From: Podospora anserina
Taxonomy: Eukaryota
Direction of reading: 5' to 3'
Assembly (NCBI GenBank): GCA_017654855.1
Contig: CM030338.1
Coordinates: forward strand, 3,720,001 to 3,784,000
Length of the DNA: 64,000 nt
Shown here: piece after piece, positions 31,572 through 43,238 of the stretch
How positions within the stretch are numbered: the first letter of the stretch is position 1
Layout: each line of letters starts with the position of its first letter
Translations under genes and position numbers: made by a program
Notes under the pieces: generated by a model
Databases searched by the model: none
What the model was told of the DNA's origin: nothing
What the model saw: only the letters and a program-made list of their open reading frames with translations

Positions 31572-32594
31572 ATGGCTGTTAGTCTCTCACTCAACTTTCC
31601 TCCCATCAAGACCTTGCATAGAGAGTCTTACCCAGCAATTTCCCCTCTCGAACCCGAAAACAATCAAGCGGGCAAAACAGTCCTCGTCACCGGCGGCGCA
31701 GGTGGCATCGGGTTTGCTATCGCGACGGCCTTTGTCCAGGCCTCGTCCTCGCATGTCATTATCGTTGGTCGGCGCCAAGGATTCCTCCAAGACGGCGTCA
31801 AGCGACTTGAAGCTGAGGCTCGGACTGCGGGGACCAACACCAAAATCAGCGGCTACTCCTCAGATGTTTCGAGCCTGGAAGCAAGCGAGAAGCTGTGGGC
31901 TGAATTGAAGGAGGATGGGATTGTCGTGGATGTCTTGGTGCTCAACGCCGTAGCTCTGGGCCCTGGCGGGGCACTGGTGGAGGCCAACTTGGAAGTAGTA
32001 TGGAAGGCATATGAGGTCAACGTTCGCTCGCTTCTGGACCATACCCAGCGATTTTATAACCAGCAAGGTAAAAGGCAAAAGGTAAGCGACATCATCCAAA
32101 CCATGATCAAACCTTCTCGCTGATGTTCTATGTAGTATCTGGTTAGTGTCTCTTCCTCCATGGTGCATAACCTGGACAATGAAAACTCCTTCTTGTCCGC
32201 GTACGGGGCAACGAAAACTGCGGGCCAAGTTTTGTTTCAGCAAATTGCCAGGGATGTAGACCCAGCAAGGCTGCAGATGATCAGCTTTCACCCTGGTGCC
32301 ATCTACTCAGATGGGGCCCGAGAAGGTGGCGTCACCAAGGACATGATCGATGTGTGGGATGATGGTATGTTCTGTCTCTCCAGGTCTTGGATCAATGAGG
32401 GCGTCGAGGCTAACTTGGCAACAGCGGCGTTACCTGGTAACTTTGCCGTGTGGGCGGCCACACCCGCGGCCAAGTTCCTGCATGGCCGATTTCTGGCAGC
32501 CTGGTGGGATGTAAATGAGCTGAAGCACGATGCGCTTCAGGAAAAGCTCAATTCTGAGTGGCACCTGCTAAGAGTTGGTGTGAAAGGACTCTGA
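31572..32594 (+). CDS. Short-chain dehydrogenase/reductase; 3 exons
   Basis: VLVTGGAGGIG, DVLVLNA, YGATK (YxxxK), SFHPG, FLHGRFLAAWWDV; introns 32082-32135 and 32365-32424. Confidence 0.92.
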
Positions 32595-33743
32595 GACCTG
32601 GGTGGTGGCACAGGCCTGTTCGGTGTGTTTGTTCCTGTCAGAAACGTGGTCTGCGGGCTTCGGAGGAACTCTTGTTGTTGAAATTGAATCATATGACTAG
32701 AGAGAGTTAGTCTGACCTGCTCGAGACGGTTTGCGTTTAATAAATGGCCTGAAGTCCTTTGCTTCAATATCGATATTCTCATTTGTTGCTCTTCGGAGGA
32801 AGACGTTTCTGAATCGAGTCAGAAGAAAAGGAAACCAGCGCCCTAAACGACAAGAATGGCTGGCCTTACTTGTAGGGCTGATGAAGTCTTATTCAAAAAG
32901 CGCCTAGTGGGCACAAGGTGGCAGCATACACCTGCACCCGGGATTGGCTGTTCAGTATTTTGTGCTGTCTCTCTGCTCCCACGCGCCAGGTTCGAGACCG
33001 CAGTAGCTGCCTGCGGGGAGCCGGTAATGGAGACGCCACGAGTGGCAGGGCTGATTTCGACTGGACCATGAAGGGTGTGGTTGACTGTGATTGCTGTCGA
33101 GGTTCAGAGTGGCTTTGTCGCACAAGCAGTGATCATCCAATCTCTGTCTCTAATCCGGCTTGCTTCGCCATCCCGACGCTTCCTGAACCAATCACATCTG
33201 ACCTCGACCTCAATTCTCCCGACGCTGATTTGAAAAGCTGTCGACCACGCCGCCGCTGCGCTTTTCTCTCCACCTCCTCGGATGCCCCTCCAATGTCCAC
33301 CGGGTGGCAGAAGCTGAAATGGGGAGGACGAGACAGCTGTCGAAGCCCAATGCGAGGTATCTCGTGTGCTGCGGGATGGGGTGTCGGAAACCGGGGTGCC
33401 ACGACATTCGGAGTGAGCATCTCTGCAGATATCAATGTTTCCGGGGCCTTGTTTTCCGGATCAGGTCTTTCCATACCCTGCTGTGCTTGTGCCTATCTGT
33501 CGCGTTTTCTCTCCACCTTACCGACGACGTCTTCTCGCTTTGTGGCCATGTGTTGAAGCGTTTGTTTTTCTATTTTCCTTCGAGCGATAACCCGGAAGTC
33601 GCACAACCTAGACTTCCCTCCTTCCTAGTTCCTACCCACGTACTTGCCTCACTCAGGCTTTGCCTCTGCGCGCCTTCCCTTCTCGAACTTCGGACCATCG
33701 GCCCCACCGGCTCGGGCGGCCGCTGACGTAAAGAGCAGGAGAG

Positions 33744-35879
33744 ATGCTTTCCCGACGGCTTCAACCTCTCGTCTTTCTCTTGTTGATATCATTCTTGTCC
33801 CTGTCAGTTTTTGCACAGTATGATCCAATCAAGGATTTCTGCCGACGCCATGGACATCAGTCGGCCGTTGTCGACAATCGACTGTACATAGACGGCGGGT
33901 TGGTGAACTGGAAGCCATTCACCTCGTCGTCTTCAAATTACACAAGTATGTTTGATCTGCTTTGCTCTTAACAAAATGGACCTCTTCTGATGCCTACATA
34001 CCTACCATCCAGATCCGTTCCTTATCTTTAGCGATCTCAGCACTGAGACCAAGGATATGCCCACGCTGCATGCCAACCTTTCCAAAAATGCGACAGTTCC
34101 AAGCGTCATGGGCGGCAAGTTGTGGGAGGATTCGGTCAACAAAAGATTGTACTTGTACGGCGGCGAAACCTACCAGGCACCCCCAACCAACTTTCTCCTC
34201 TACGTCTATGACATTCTCAAGGACAAGTGGGATTCTTTCGGCCCGCCAACTGGAACGGCAGCTATCATTCCAACGAGCTTTGGAGCCGGTGTATCGATCC
34301 CGGCACGAGGAGAGGCGTATTATTACGGCGGCTTTCATAACAATGGCTCCGTTCCGGGCTGGACAGGGCCGCCGCGTGCATCTAACAGACTGATCAAGTA
34401 CGACATGGACAGCAACGCATGGAGCAATGTGACCGGCCCTGATGACGTGAGAAGGGCCGAAGGCGAGATGGTCTTTCTTCCCGTTGGTGACGCCGGCATG
34501 CTTGTCTATTTTGGTGGTAGTCAAGACTTGTACGGCAATGGGACCTTGACACCCGAGCCTTTGGACACCATCTTTCTCTACGACCTTGCTAACTCGAAAT
34601 GGTATGCGCAAAAGGCAACTGGAAGGATACCAGAGAGTCGACGTCGATTCTGTGGAGGTGCTACCTGGGCTCAAGATCAGTCCAGTTACAACATGTTTGT
34701 GCTTCCAGCTACTCCCAAATCTGTATCACCTAGAGGCTGACAATCTGTAGCTACATTTATGGCGGTTCCGGCTTCCCTCCAAGCACGGCAGGATTCGATG
34801 ACATCTACGTCCTAACCATCCCGAGTTTCCAGTGGATCAGGGGTCCATATCCAAAGGACAGCAACGTCACCGGTCCGTTTCCAAAGAACATGATGAGCTG
34901 CAATGTTGTCAATAATGCTCAGATGGTCATCATCGGCGGCTCGAACTCCAACGCAACAGGTTACGAATGTGACGTAGACACGGTCGGGGGGCAGCACAAC
35001 ATGAATCTTGGTGAGGAGAACCCAGAGAATGCCATTTGGGCAAGATATCAACCAAAGCTTACGACATATGCCGTGCCTACTTTCATCATGTCGGCCGTGG
35101 GTGGCCGTAACACCGGAGGAGCTAGGGTTCTCACACCGTCCGGCGGCTTCAACGCGCCAGATCTCTCGGTGTTGATGACCAGGAAAGCCGTCATATCAAC
35201 TCGAACACCTACACGAGACGTCGGTCCTGCCACTTCCTCGCCTGCCCCGACCGGAGAAGGCGAACCCGCACCACCGTTGAGCCCCGGAGCCATTGCAGGG
35301 ATTGCCGTCGGAGGCGCCGTGGTTCTCATCGCCCTTCTCGCCGGCTGCTGCTGTTTCATCCGTTATCGCCAAAAGCACTACAAGGGACCTCGCCAGCCAA
35401 ACCAAGCCATCCCGCCTCACGGTTGGGGACCATCCGGGCCCCTCACGCCCGCATCTCCAGCCGTCACGCAAATTTCCTACGCTCACACCGTTCCGACCCA
35501 ACCGCAGTCGCCGGTAATGCTCCCATCTGTCCCGGTATACCCCCCAGCAGAACTCGGCGTCAATGACAATGCCCATTATCGGACAGCGAGAACAAGCCCA
35601 GCGAGTATGGCAGCGAAGCACGACAGCTCACCCTGGGGCACGCACGCGTCAACGCCGCAGACATTGGAGCCACCAACTCCGGCAAGCGGGCCTTATCCGG
35701 CACGATCCCCGTCGTACACGGAGCGGGATCCGAGAGATGTGCAAACGGGTGCTCCGTACTGGTCTACGACTCCGCCACAGGTACAGCAACCGCAGTTTCG
35801 ACCAACGCAGGACGCTCAGGGTGGGAACGCGTGGTTGGGTATTCAGCAGACATGGCACAGGCCAGGATCATCTCATTGA
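33744..35879 (+). CDS. Type I membrane protein with kelch-like beta-propeller ectodomain; 3 exons
   Basis: Signal peptide; LYIDGG, LYLYGG, YYYGG, LVYFGG, IYIYGG repeats; GAIAGIAVGGAVVLIALL TM helix; Pro-rich cytoplasmic tail; introns 33946-34012 and 34695-34750. Confidence 0.88.
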
Positions 35880-36274
35880 GAACCGAGTGTTGTGATATAT
35901 CTGAGAAGAGAAAGGGAGGTGTTATGTTTCATGATGTCGTGCATGAGTTTTGGTATATGGGTTTCTTGGTTTGGATTTCACACATTTTATCGTCATCTTG
36001 ACCCGGAGGTATAGGGTGTATGCTGTATAGTAGTAGCACATATGGCTTTTTATCAATGGAGAGACGGTTGATGATTCACCATTACGATTGCAGAAAAATC
36101 CCGCCCTAAAAATAGTTCCCACGTGTATGGAAATGTCTCTGGAGGTGCCAAATTCGAGAATCAACTGTTTTTGGTAACCTGTGTCGAGAAATCGGTTGGG
36201 TAGAACATGGATAGGAGCAAAAAAGGGGTTGATTGGCCTTGGCAGGTGGAGAAAGGTAAAAAGCCAAAAGTGTA

Positions 36275-36358
36275 CTCTCCCGCCGGGAATTGAACCCGGG
36301 TCTCGAGCGTTGTTGACTGGATGACAAGCTCACATACTGACCACTATACTACGGAAGA
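36275..36358 (-). tRNA. tRNA-Asp(GTC) with a 12-nt intron
   Basis: TCTTCCG TA GTATAGTGGTCAGTAT G TGAGC TT GTC A [TCCAGTCAACAA] C GCTCG AGAC CCGGG TTCAATT CCCGG CGGGAGA G folds as a cloverleaf; T-run terminator follows. Confidence 0.95.
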
Positions 36359-37135
36359 TGTACAGGTGTTGAGCACCTGTCGTAGTGAGAGGATTGGTTG
36401 CAAGGGATGGGTGGAGGTAGTGTATATAAGGGGAGTATACACGATCCCATCCCTTGAACCACTTTGCGATCCACTTCCAGCTCAGGCCTTCCTCGTCAGA
36501 TATGGAGTGAAGCAGTGCAACCTTTCAGCGATGAAGTGCGCTGGACACAATACATAGGCCGGCACTGGGGTTTGGTGGCCCAGTTGTTGCCTCCGAGTTA
36601 TTATCGCCAAGTGGATCCCTTTGTCTTGACGTCATGGCGCCCCATTCTAGACTTTCTATCAAAGCCAAGGGTTTCGATCAACAATAGTGACGACGGGTGA
36701 CGGGTTGAGTCTCGGAGCCACGGAAGAACACCTTACTGTTGATGATGGTAAGCAGTGGCGGTTACTGTCGTCATCTAGTTGAACGAGAGTAAACTGGGGA
36801 CGTCGGTTTGTGTTGGGGGAAAAAGTGAAACGCCGCAGCAAGTAGCTGCTGCGATATATATAGGAGAACCCTATCTAAATCTACCTGGTAGGAATAATTG
36901 AATATCTTGTATGCTGAAATTATATCCGTTAAAGCAAATAGCCCCTCAAAATCCCTCCAAAAGATGCCATATATCCATATGGTCAAGTCATCGAGACCCA
37001 GAAAAAGAAACAAAACCCAAAAAGTCGCACCGTAGACCCGGGGCTGACGTTGGAGACCCTATAAACTCCAACGCTTCCAACTCGAAAAAAGACGAGTCAT
37101 TACAAAGCCGTGTGGCATGTATTATCTTTCGGACA

Positions 37136-39009
37136 CTAAGCCCAGGCTCCAACTAAACTCATGCAAATGGCGCCAAAAAGCACAAGGAAGCAGGCCGCAA
37201 CCCGCTTGCGACCGCGGAGGGTAGCCCAGCTGTCATCACTAAGAAAGTCCTCCGCGAGCAACTCGATGAGGGCGGCAAAAACAAGCAGTCCCGATGAGAT
37301 GGCGTTCATGGTTCCCACCAAGATCAGGCCAAACTCAGAGTCGGGGGCGTAAAGAGTGTGGGTGGCTAGACCAATAGCTTGACCAATAGGTGTCCTGAAG
37401 ACGGCACCGTTAGCTTCATCTTCTGTTGAACACACCGGCTGTTTGATAATAACACTTACGTGCATCCATAAGCCAACACCATGAACCATGGCTGCAACAT
37501 CCCCTTTTGCCAGTTGATAGAGGCAATACGAGCTCCCAATGCGAGACCCTCAAACGTTTCTGCAATGATATGTTAGCATTCTTGTAGTTTTGAGACAAAC
37601 AGGAAAGCACTTGCTACTCACGGTGAAAGGCAACAGCAATTAACAAGACGACAAAGTTGCCGCCGACGGCGACACTTAACGCCATACCAATGAAAATACT
37701 GTGAAACAAGATGCCGACCTCGAGAAGCATGCACTGCAAGATCTTCTTCTTGTGTAGCTGCTCCTCAGTAAGGCCGACTTGCTGGGATTCCACAGCGCTC
37801 CCAAGCAGTTCCTTAGACCTCATCTTCTCATCTGGGGAAACGGCCGGGGTTTCACGCCCAACCGCCACACTCTCCTCGGAAACAGGCTCAACAACAGCCT
37901 GGCTTCCCCGGCGAGTGGTCCCCGAAGGCCTCGTGATAGCAGCCAGTACTGGTGCCTGGGAACAGTGGCCACCAAAGGACGTAGACCGGTGACGATGGGG
38001 AAGCTCCTCTTGCGCCTGTGACCCATCACTGTCCTCGGCTTGTCTCCCAGGACGAAGGGTGTACTGACGAGCAGGGCTAAACACCATCTCGATGACGGCC
38101 ACGAAGAAAATTCCAAGCAGGGCAATAGCCCCCGGCATAGCGGGGTAGTCATCAGTCCAGAAGCTGGAGAGGCACGGGTCGCCAAGAGAGATGAAAGCCG
38201 TCGGGAGGAGATGCACGAAAGCGGTGGCGAGCAGGACACCGGTACCAAAATGACGAACAGCGAAAAAGAAGCGCTCGGGGATGCGAATGATGGGGAACTT
38301 GAGGGCGATCATGGGCAGAGCGCAAGCCAGTCCGGAGACGGCGAGGATGATAACCAGGGCGCCCACATGAAGCGGCATGTTGTAGTCGGCGGTAGCATTG
38401 TCATTTGTACCGCAGCGACCATTGTCCTGGCGCTTGGTGAGCTGCTTCAAGAGCAGAGAAGATTCGCGGGGAACAACAGCACTGGAACTGGCGGTGGTCG
38501 TCTCGACGGGATGACCACCCGAAAACATGACCGGTACACCGTGTCCGGCGACATGCACCATTGTCGACACAGCGACAACAGAGAGAAGCCATCCAATCCA
38601 GCCCGAGGGGGGCCGGATCAGAGGCTGGGAATGACAGGCTCGGCCTTCACCACCTAGCACTGTCTGGGGGGCTGCAATGGGCGGATCTGTGGTGATTTTT
38701 GTGTCAGTGACGTTGAAACAGGACGCCAGCTGTGTCGAAAAAAAGGGACAACTTACGACCGCTCATTGCAGAGGGATTGCGCCCCCAAGCGCGGGTTTGC
38801 TTGTCGCAATTTTTGATAAAACTCCCCTTCTCGTCATTTAATACCCCAAATGCACTGGCTGCCCCTCCTGATGCGCCATTGCGCTGCTCGCGGGCGTTTG
38901 CGATGCCATTGAGGTCCTCGCAAGTGGTGAGGTCGGGAGCGAGAAACGGCGGGTTCTGGTTCCAATCAGGATGCTCAAAGTCATCGTCTGTTCTCGAAGG
39001 GCGGTTCAT
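37136..39009 (-). CDS. ZIP-family (Zrt/Irt) zinc/iron transporter; ~4 exons
   Basis: RHFGTGVLLATAFVHLL, LEVGILFHSIFIG, FHQTFEG, TTPIGQAIG, ELLAEDF; introns ~38756-38660 (acceptor uncertain), 37621-37560, 37459-37395. Confidence 0.92.
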
Positions 39010-40899
39010 GATTGGTCTTTTGGTAGGGTCTGCTGTGGTTTCCGTATATCAATGGGCGGCTCTGTTCGAGCGGTCTGCTACACAAAACAATCGCACGGCG
39101 GAGTATGAGAGACTTGACGGATTGTGGCTTCTTTATGTACTTATGTAAACGAGGAAAAAGACCAAACAGTGGATGACTGACGAGCTGACTGGGTTTATTT
39201 CTTGATGAACAAAAATCGATCCGCTTGCAATGACAGCAGGTGGGGCACGGCTGAAGGGCCAGCCCACGCTGCCCACCCGTGGCAGTGGTGTCCTTGAAAC
39301 AGACCCGCTTGCAAGGACGCATCCGACAGCAATACGCCCTTAAAGCGAGCTCCCTATTGGGCAGCTCCTCGGGACCACAGCGGTGAGGTGTGGGGTCGGA
39401 ATGTTACGGAGCGTGTGCCAAGATCGATACGAACTGCTGCGACACTCGCTCTATGGTTGGCTGTCTTGTCAGGTTCTTGGAGGACGACGGGATGCAGTCG
39501 TGAGTGTGGGTAGGCGAGGTGCCCAGCCCTGGTAGAGGTGCTGCGAAAATTCAAAAACCTTCTAGAGCGTCTCAGTGGATTCCAGGCCTTGTCAGTGCTA
39601 AGAATATCGAAGCACCTTGATGGCTGCCCCAAGCCCCAGACCAAGCGGCATGTGATTGGATGCCCCGGAATACGCATGACAAGCATCTGGTCATGAGACC
39701 AACACAAGCTGCAAGAAGGTTGTCCGTGCCCAATCTCCACCGGGTTAGGGTTTTCAGTGCGCTTCTCCGCATTGTGGCAGCCACTTACACCGATTTTTTG
39801 CTTCACCCGAGACTGACAGGACTGCCCGCGCTTATTTATATTATTATCCCCATACCAATACACCATGGCGCCATCTTCAACCATTTGAGATTTTGTCTTA
39901 CACTATCAGTGACAATAAGATGAAATGGGGGCAGTCCGTCTCTCTGCCGTTTGCGCCGTCCCCCTCCCGCCTCTGCAACAACCAAACTCCATGGTGGACC
40001 TCGGCGTTCCGTAGGGCTGTTTCTTGCAATTGCGTACCCACCACGGGATCGCCGTCGGCAAAGGGCCAGCACCTTTCCCCATATCAAATTTTCTGGGGTA
40101 ACGGGGGCGGGAATGGATCCCCGGCCAGCTCCCGAGATCCCCCGGCCAAGACCCGATGGCCGGCATGTGCTCGGCAACTCTGCAGCCCCTGTTCCGGAAG
40201 CCACCGGTGACACGGATGTCGTTGAGGCTCGTCCACAAATCACAGCTGCGTCCGGAGGAGTAGTCGGCGGATGCCGGAATCACATCCTGCAAGCTTCCAG
40301 GTCGCCTTATCGTTGCTGCATCTACCATGGTTTCCGCCGGTGCTGCCACAAAGCTTGTAGCCAGGCACGATAATCAGGGCTGATTGGTGTGTTACATTGT
40401 CTATATCCTATCATCGTCTATGTTTCGATTGCCGGGTAGTCTATCTGGCCACATGACTTAGTTTCGGAGTGGTTTGCCGCCATTGTCACACTAGCAGCAC
40501 ATTGTATTCAACGACGGCAATTCCAAAACCTCTACTATCTTCAAAAACAAGCTATGCATTAACAAAGTTATGATTAGGATCCTACGCTGCAGTCTCCATT
40601 TGTTGTTCAACAATGCGATTAGCAAGCTTCCACTTGTATGTTTGCTGGCCTTTGCCTGACCAGTTGTTTAGTAGTGCATCATGGTCTACCCCCCCTTTGC
40701 CTCGTACTGGTCGATCTGTCTATATGACTTTTGTCATCTCACAGGTCCTCACACTCAACGATATTATCCTGCCAAACATGGGCAGCAAAACAGACTGATA
40801 TATGAGTCCGGTATATGACTGGTATCAAGACATCGGTAGTCTCGGCGTTCATCCCAGTTTTCTTTCAGGGCTTTCTATGAATCTTTCATATCTCCGAGA

Positions 40900-41990
40900 T
40901 GTTTCTTCTTGACGTATATGGTCGCACAGAAGGCAGAGATGTATAGAAAAACACTTTGAAGTCAAAGGGTAGCTCCGAAATGATGGTCTATGCCAAACGA
41001 GTTTTGACTGAGGCCCTCCTGGCTATGTGATGAGACATGGAGAGATCTCGTTGGGTGTGATGATTTGGTCTCGGCATACCGTAGGTAAATCGGCACAGCA
41101 ACCGCGTCAGATGAAATTTGGTGCAGGTGAGTCGGCGCAACACACATACCCACTGTGCAAACTTTCATTGGATTTCTCGATTGTGGCTTGTTCTTGCTGT
41201 CGACCACAATTCACACTTTGACTCAGCCACTGAGCCAACCTACCAGAATTGGCCGTGAGAACCGATACTGAAGAAGTTTACAATTCGATCAAAACTCTTC
41301 TCTCAATCATGAGTCACTGGACCAGGTGGCCAGGAAATACCAGAGGCCTGACAATTGGATATCGGCGTTGAATCACCCAGTGACGCTCTACACCACTTCA
41401 AGTACATGGGAGCAGGTGGAACGACTCTTATCTTCACCTGAACACGATCCCTCTCATGGCTGGGTTCTTGCTCGACAGGTCTCGCCGCCACCACCCGGAA
41501 CCCTCCTGATGCTTTCTCAGGGGCCCTACTCCTTTTCTCACCGAATGAGCTCTCTTCAGCAAGAGGCGCCTCTTGTCTTGATTGTAACAGCTCTCAAGAT
41601 CCGGCGGCACACTCGTCTGAGTTGGAACTCGTTCAATCTAGCCTTCATCATTCATCATCTGACCCCCCGGGTCTACAAGAGACTCTTTACGAACCATGGA
41701 GAGGATGGAGCGACAGGCGGCGCGGGCCTGGGTTGACCGACTGCTTCCCAGCCATGATATCCCATGTTGCTTCTGTTTCGTTTGCGCGTAGCGAGCAGAA
41801 GCTGAAATCGCTGGTTCTCTTTGAGGATTCGAGGGAAGTTTACGTGGAATCGAGCAGGGCGGGAATGCGACATCAGATCAGCCACAGCCACGTGCTCGCG
41901 CAGACGGCCTACTATCTTGGCTTGGAGCATATGGAGCTGAGGACTCGAGTCATTGATCCGGTTTCGCAGGCTTAGATCAAGTTTGAGGAT
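40900..41990 (+). pseudogene. Degenerate DUF6546-like fungal gene
   Basis: Fragments LSLDFSI, LQETLYEPWRGW, LKSLVLFED, LEH and RVIDPVSQA*I in several frames with stops; family recognised from memory of motifs; boundaries approximate. Confidence 0.5.
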
Positions 41991-42110
41991 GGATTGAAGA
42001 TTTGGAATGTGGAGTATGGAAGCTTCCCTTGAGTTTTAGGATGGTAAAGAGGTACCTAGTCCTCTATCTGGTATACATGTAATTCATATCATTCTGATCA
42101 TCTGGCCAAC

Positions 42111-43238
42111 TTACACCACCCTGGCAAAGAAACCCTCCACTTCATCAAGACTATCCCACCCCAACACACTTCCCCCGGCCACCAACAGAGCCCAGAGCTC
42201 TTCCATACTCCCCCCGTGTTCATTGTCTCCCACAGTTTCTACCCTGAGGCTCGACCCATAGGCCAGCGCCCCGACAATAAACGCCAACGCGAGGATCACA
42301 TACCCCTCCGCCTCAGCAGCAACCACGCTCCCAGGCGGCTGTCTGAACTCGATCGTGCCCCGAGGCTGCCGCTCCCCTTTATTCACCGGCGCCGACAGCA
42401 TCCCAGTGAAGTCCCTATCTCAACCTTGTTAGCCACATCATGCATCTTTCACGGTACAGCGGGCAACACAAACCACTTGTACACCTTCCCCCTAACCCTA
42501 TCCTTCTTCCACCCATGCGCCCTCGCATAAGCAGACTCTTTTGGAAACAAATTCATCGCCTCCACCACACCGTCTCCGTCCTGGTAAGCGCCGTCAATGA
42601 CAGACATGCACTCCCCCAAGCTTAGCCCCGCGAGGGCGGGATTCAACCGATTGGATTGGCACCAGTAGCCCTCCCCGCGGGAGGAGGGGAAGAGCCGGTC
42701 GAGACTGGCTTCAAAGTAGAGGCAGGATTTGGCAAGGGATGCGAGGTCAAAGGGGGTGAAAGGGGAGGGGTAGGACTGGGAGAGGTGGACGTGGGTTGAG
42801 CAGTGGGGGGAGGGGAAGACGGTGTAGTGCGTGTGGAGGAGGGAGAAGATGGTGGCGAGGGTGGGGGAGAAGTTTGTGGAGAGGGGGGAGAGGACGGGGG
42901 AGACTAGCTCTATGCCCCCTTTTTTGTGTGCATTGTTAGTAGGCACGGACGGGGATGTACAGGGGGTTTGGGGGAACCGAGAACATACAGAGGTTCTTTC
43001 CTGGCTGACTGGGGATAGTCACTTCCTGAGTGATGGACCACTCGCGGTAGTTGTGAGCGGATTTGTCATTGGAGTCGTTGACGTGGTTTGGGATGCCGGC
43101 TTTGGCTAGGCGTTTGCTGAGGTCTTTGGCAAGGGACTTCCAGCTGGAGTGAGAGGGACCTTTTTTGCGAGGGCCGAGGAGAAGTTCAATCTCCAAGCCA
43201 AAGCGGAGGGTCGGGGTTGGGTTGGCTGCGTGATTCAT
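42111..43238 (-). CDS. Putative amidoligase (Amidoligase_2 / COOH-NH2 ligase-like) enzyme; 3 exons (43238-42989, 42918-42474, 42414-42111)
   Basis: RFGLEIE, WGIELVSP, CSTHVH, WCQSN, GTIEFRQPPG motifs; both introns canonical with ctaac branch points. Confidence 0.85.

Noticed and set aside
32856-33726. Several 100-212 aa ORFs between the SDR and kelch genes
   Set aside because: No frame gave a recognisable protein; a decayed gene cannot be excluded without blastx
39354-40373. ORFs upstream of the ZIP gene and possible zinc-response elements
   Set aside because: ORFs look random; only an isolated ACCTTG-like word was seen, no full ACCTTNAAGGT
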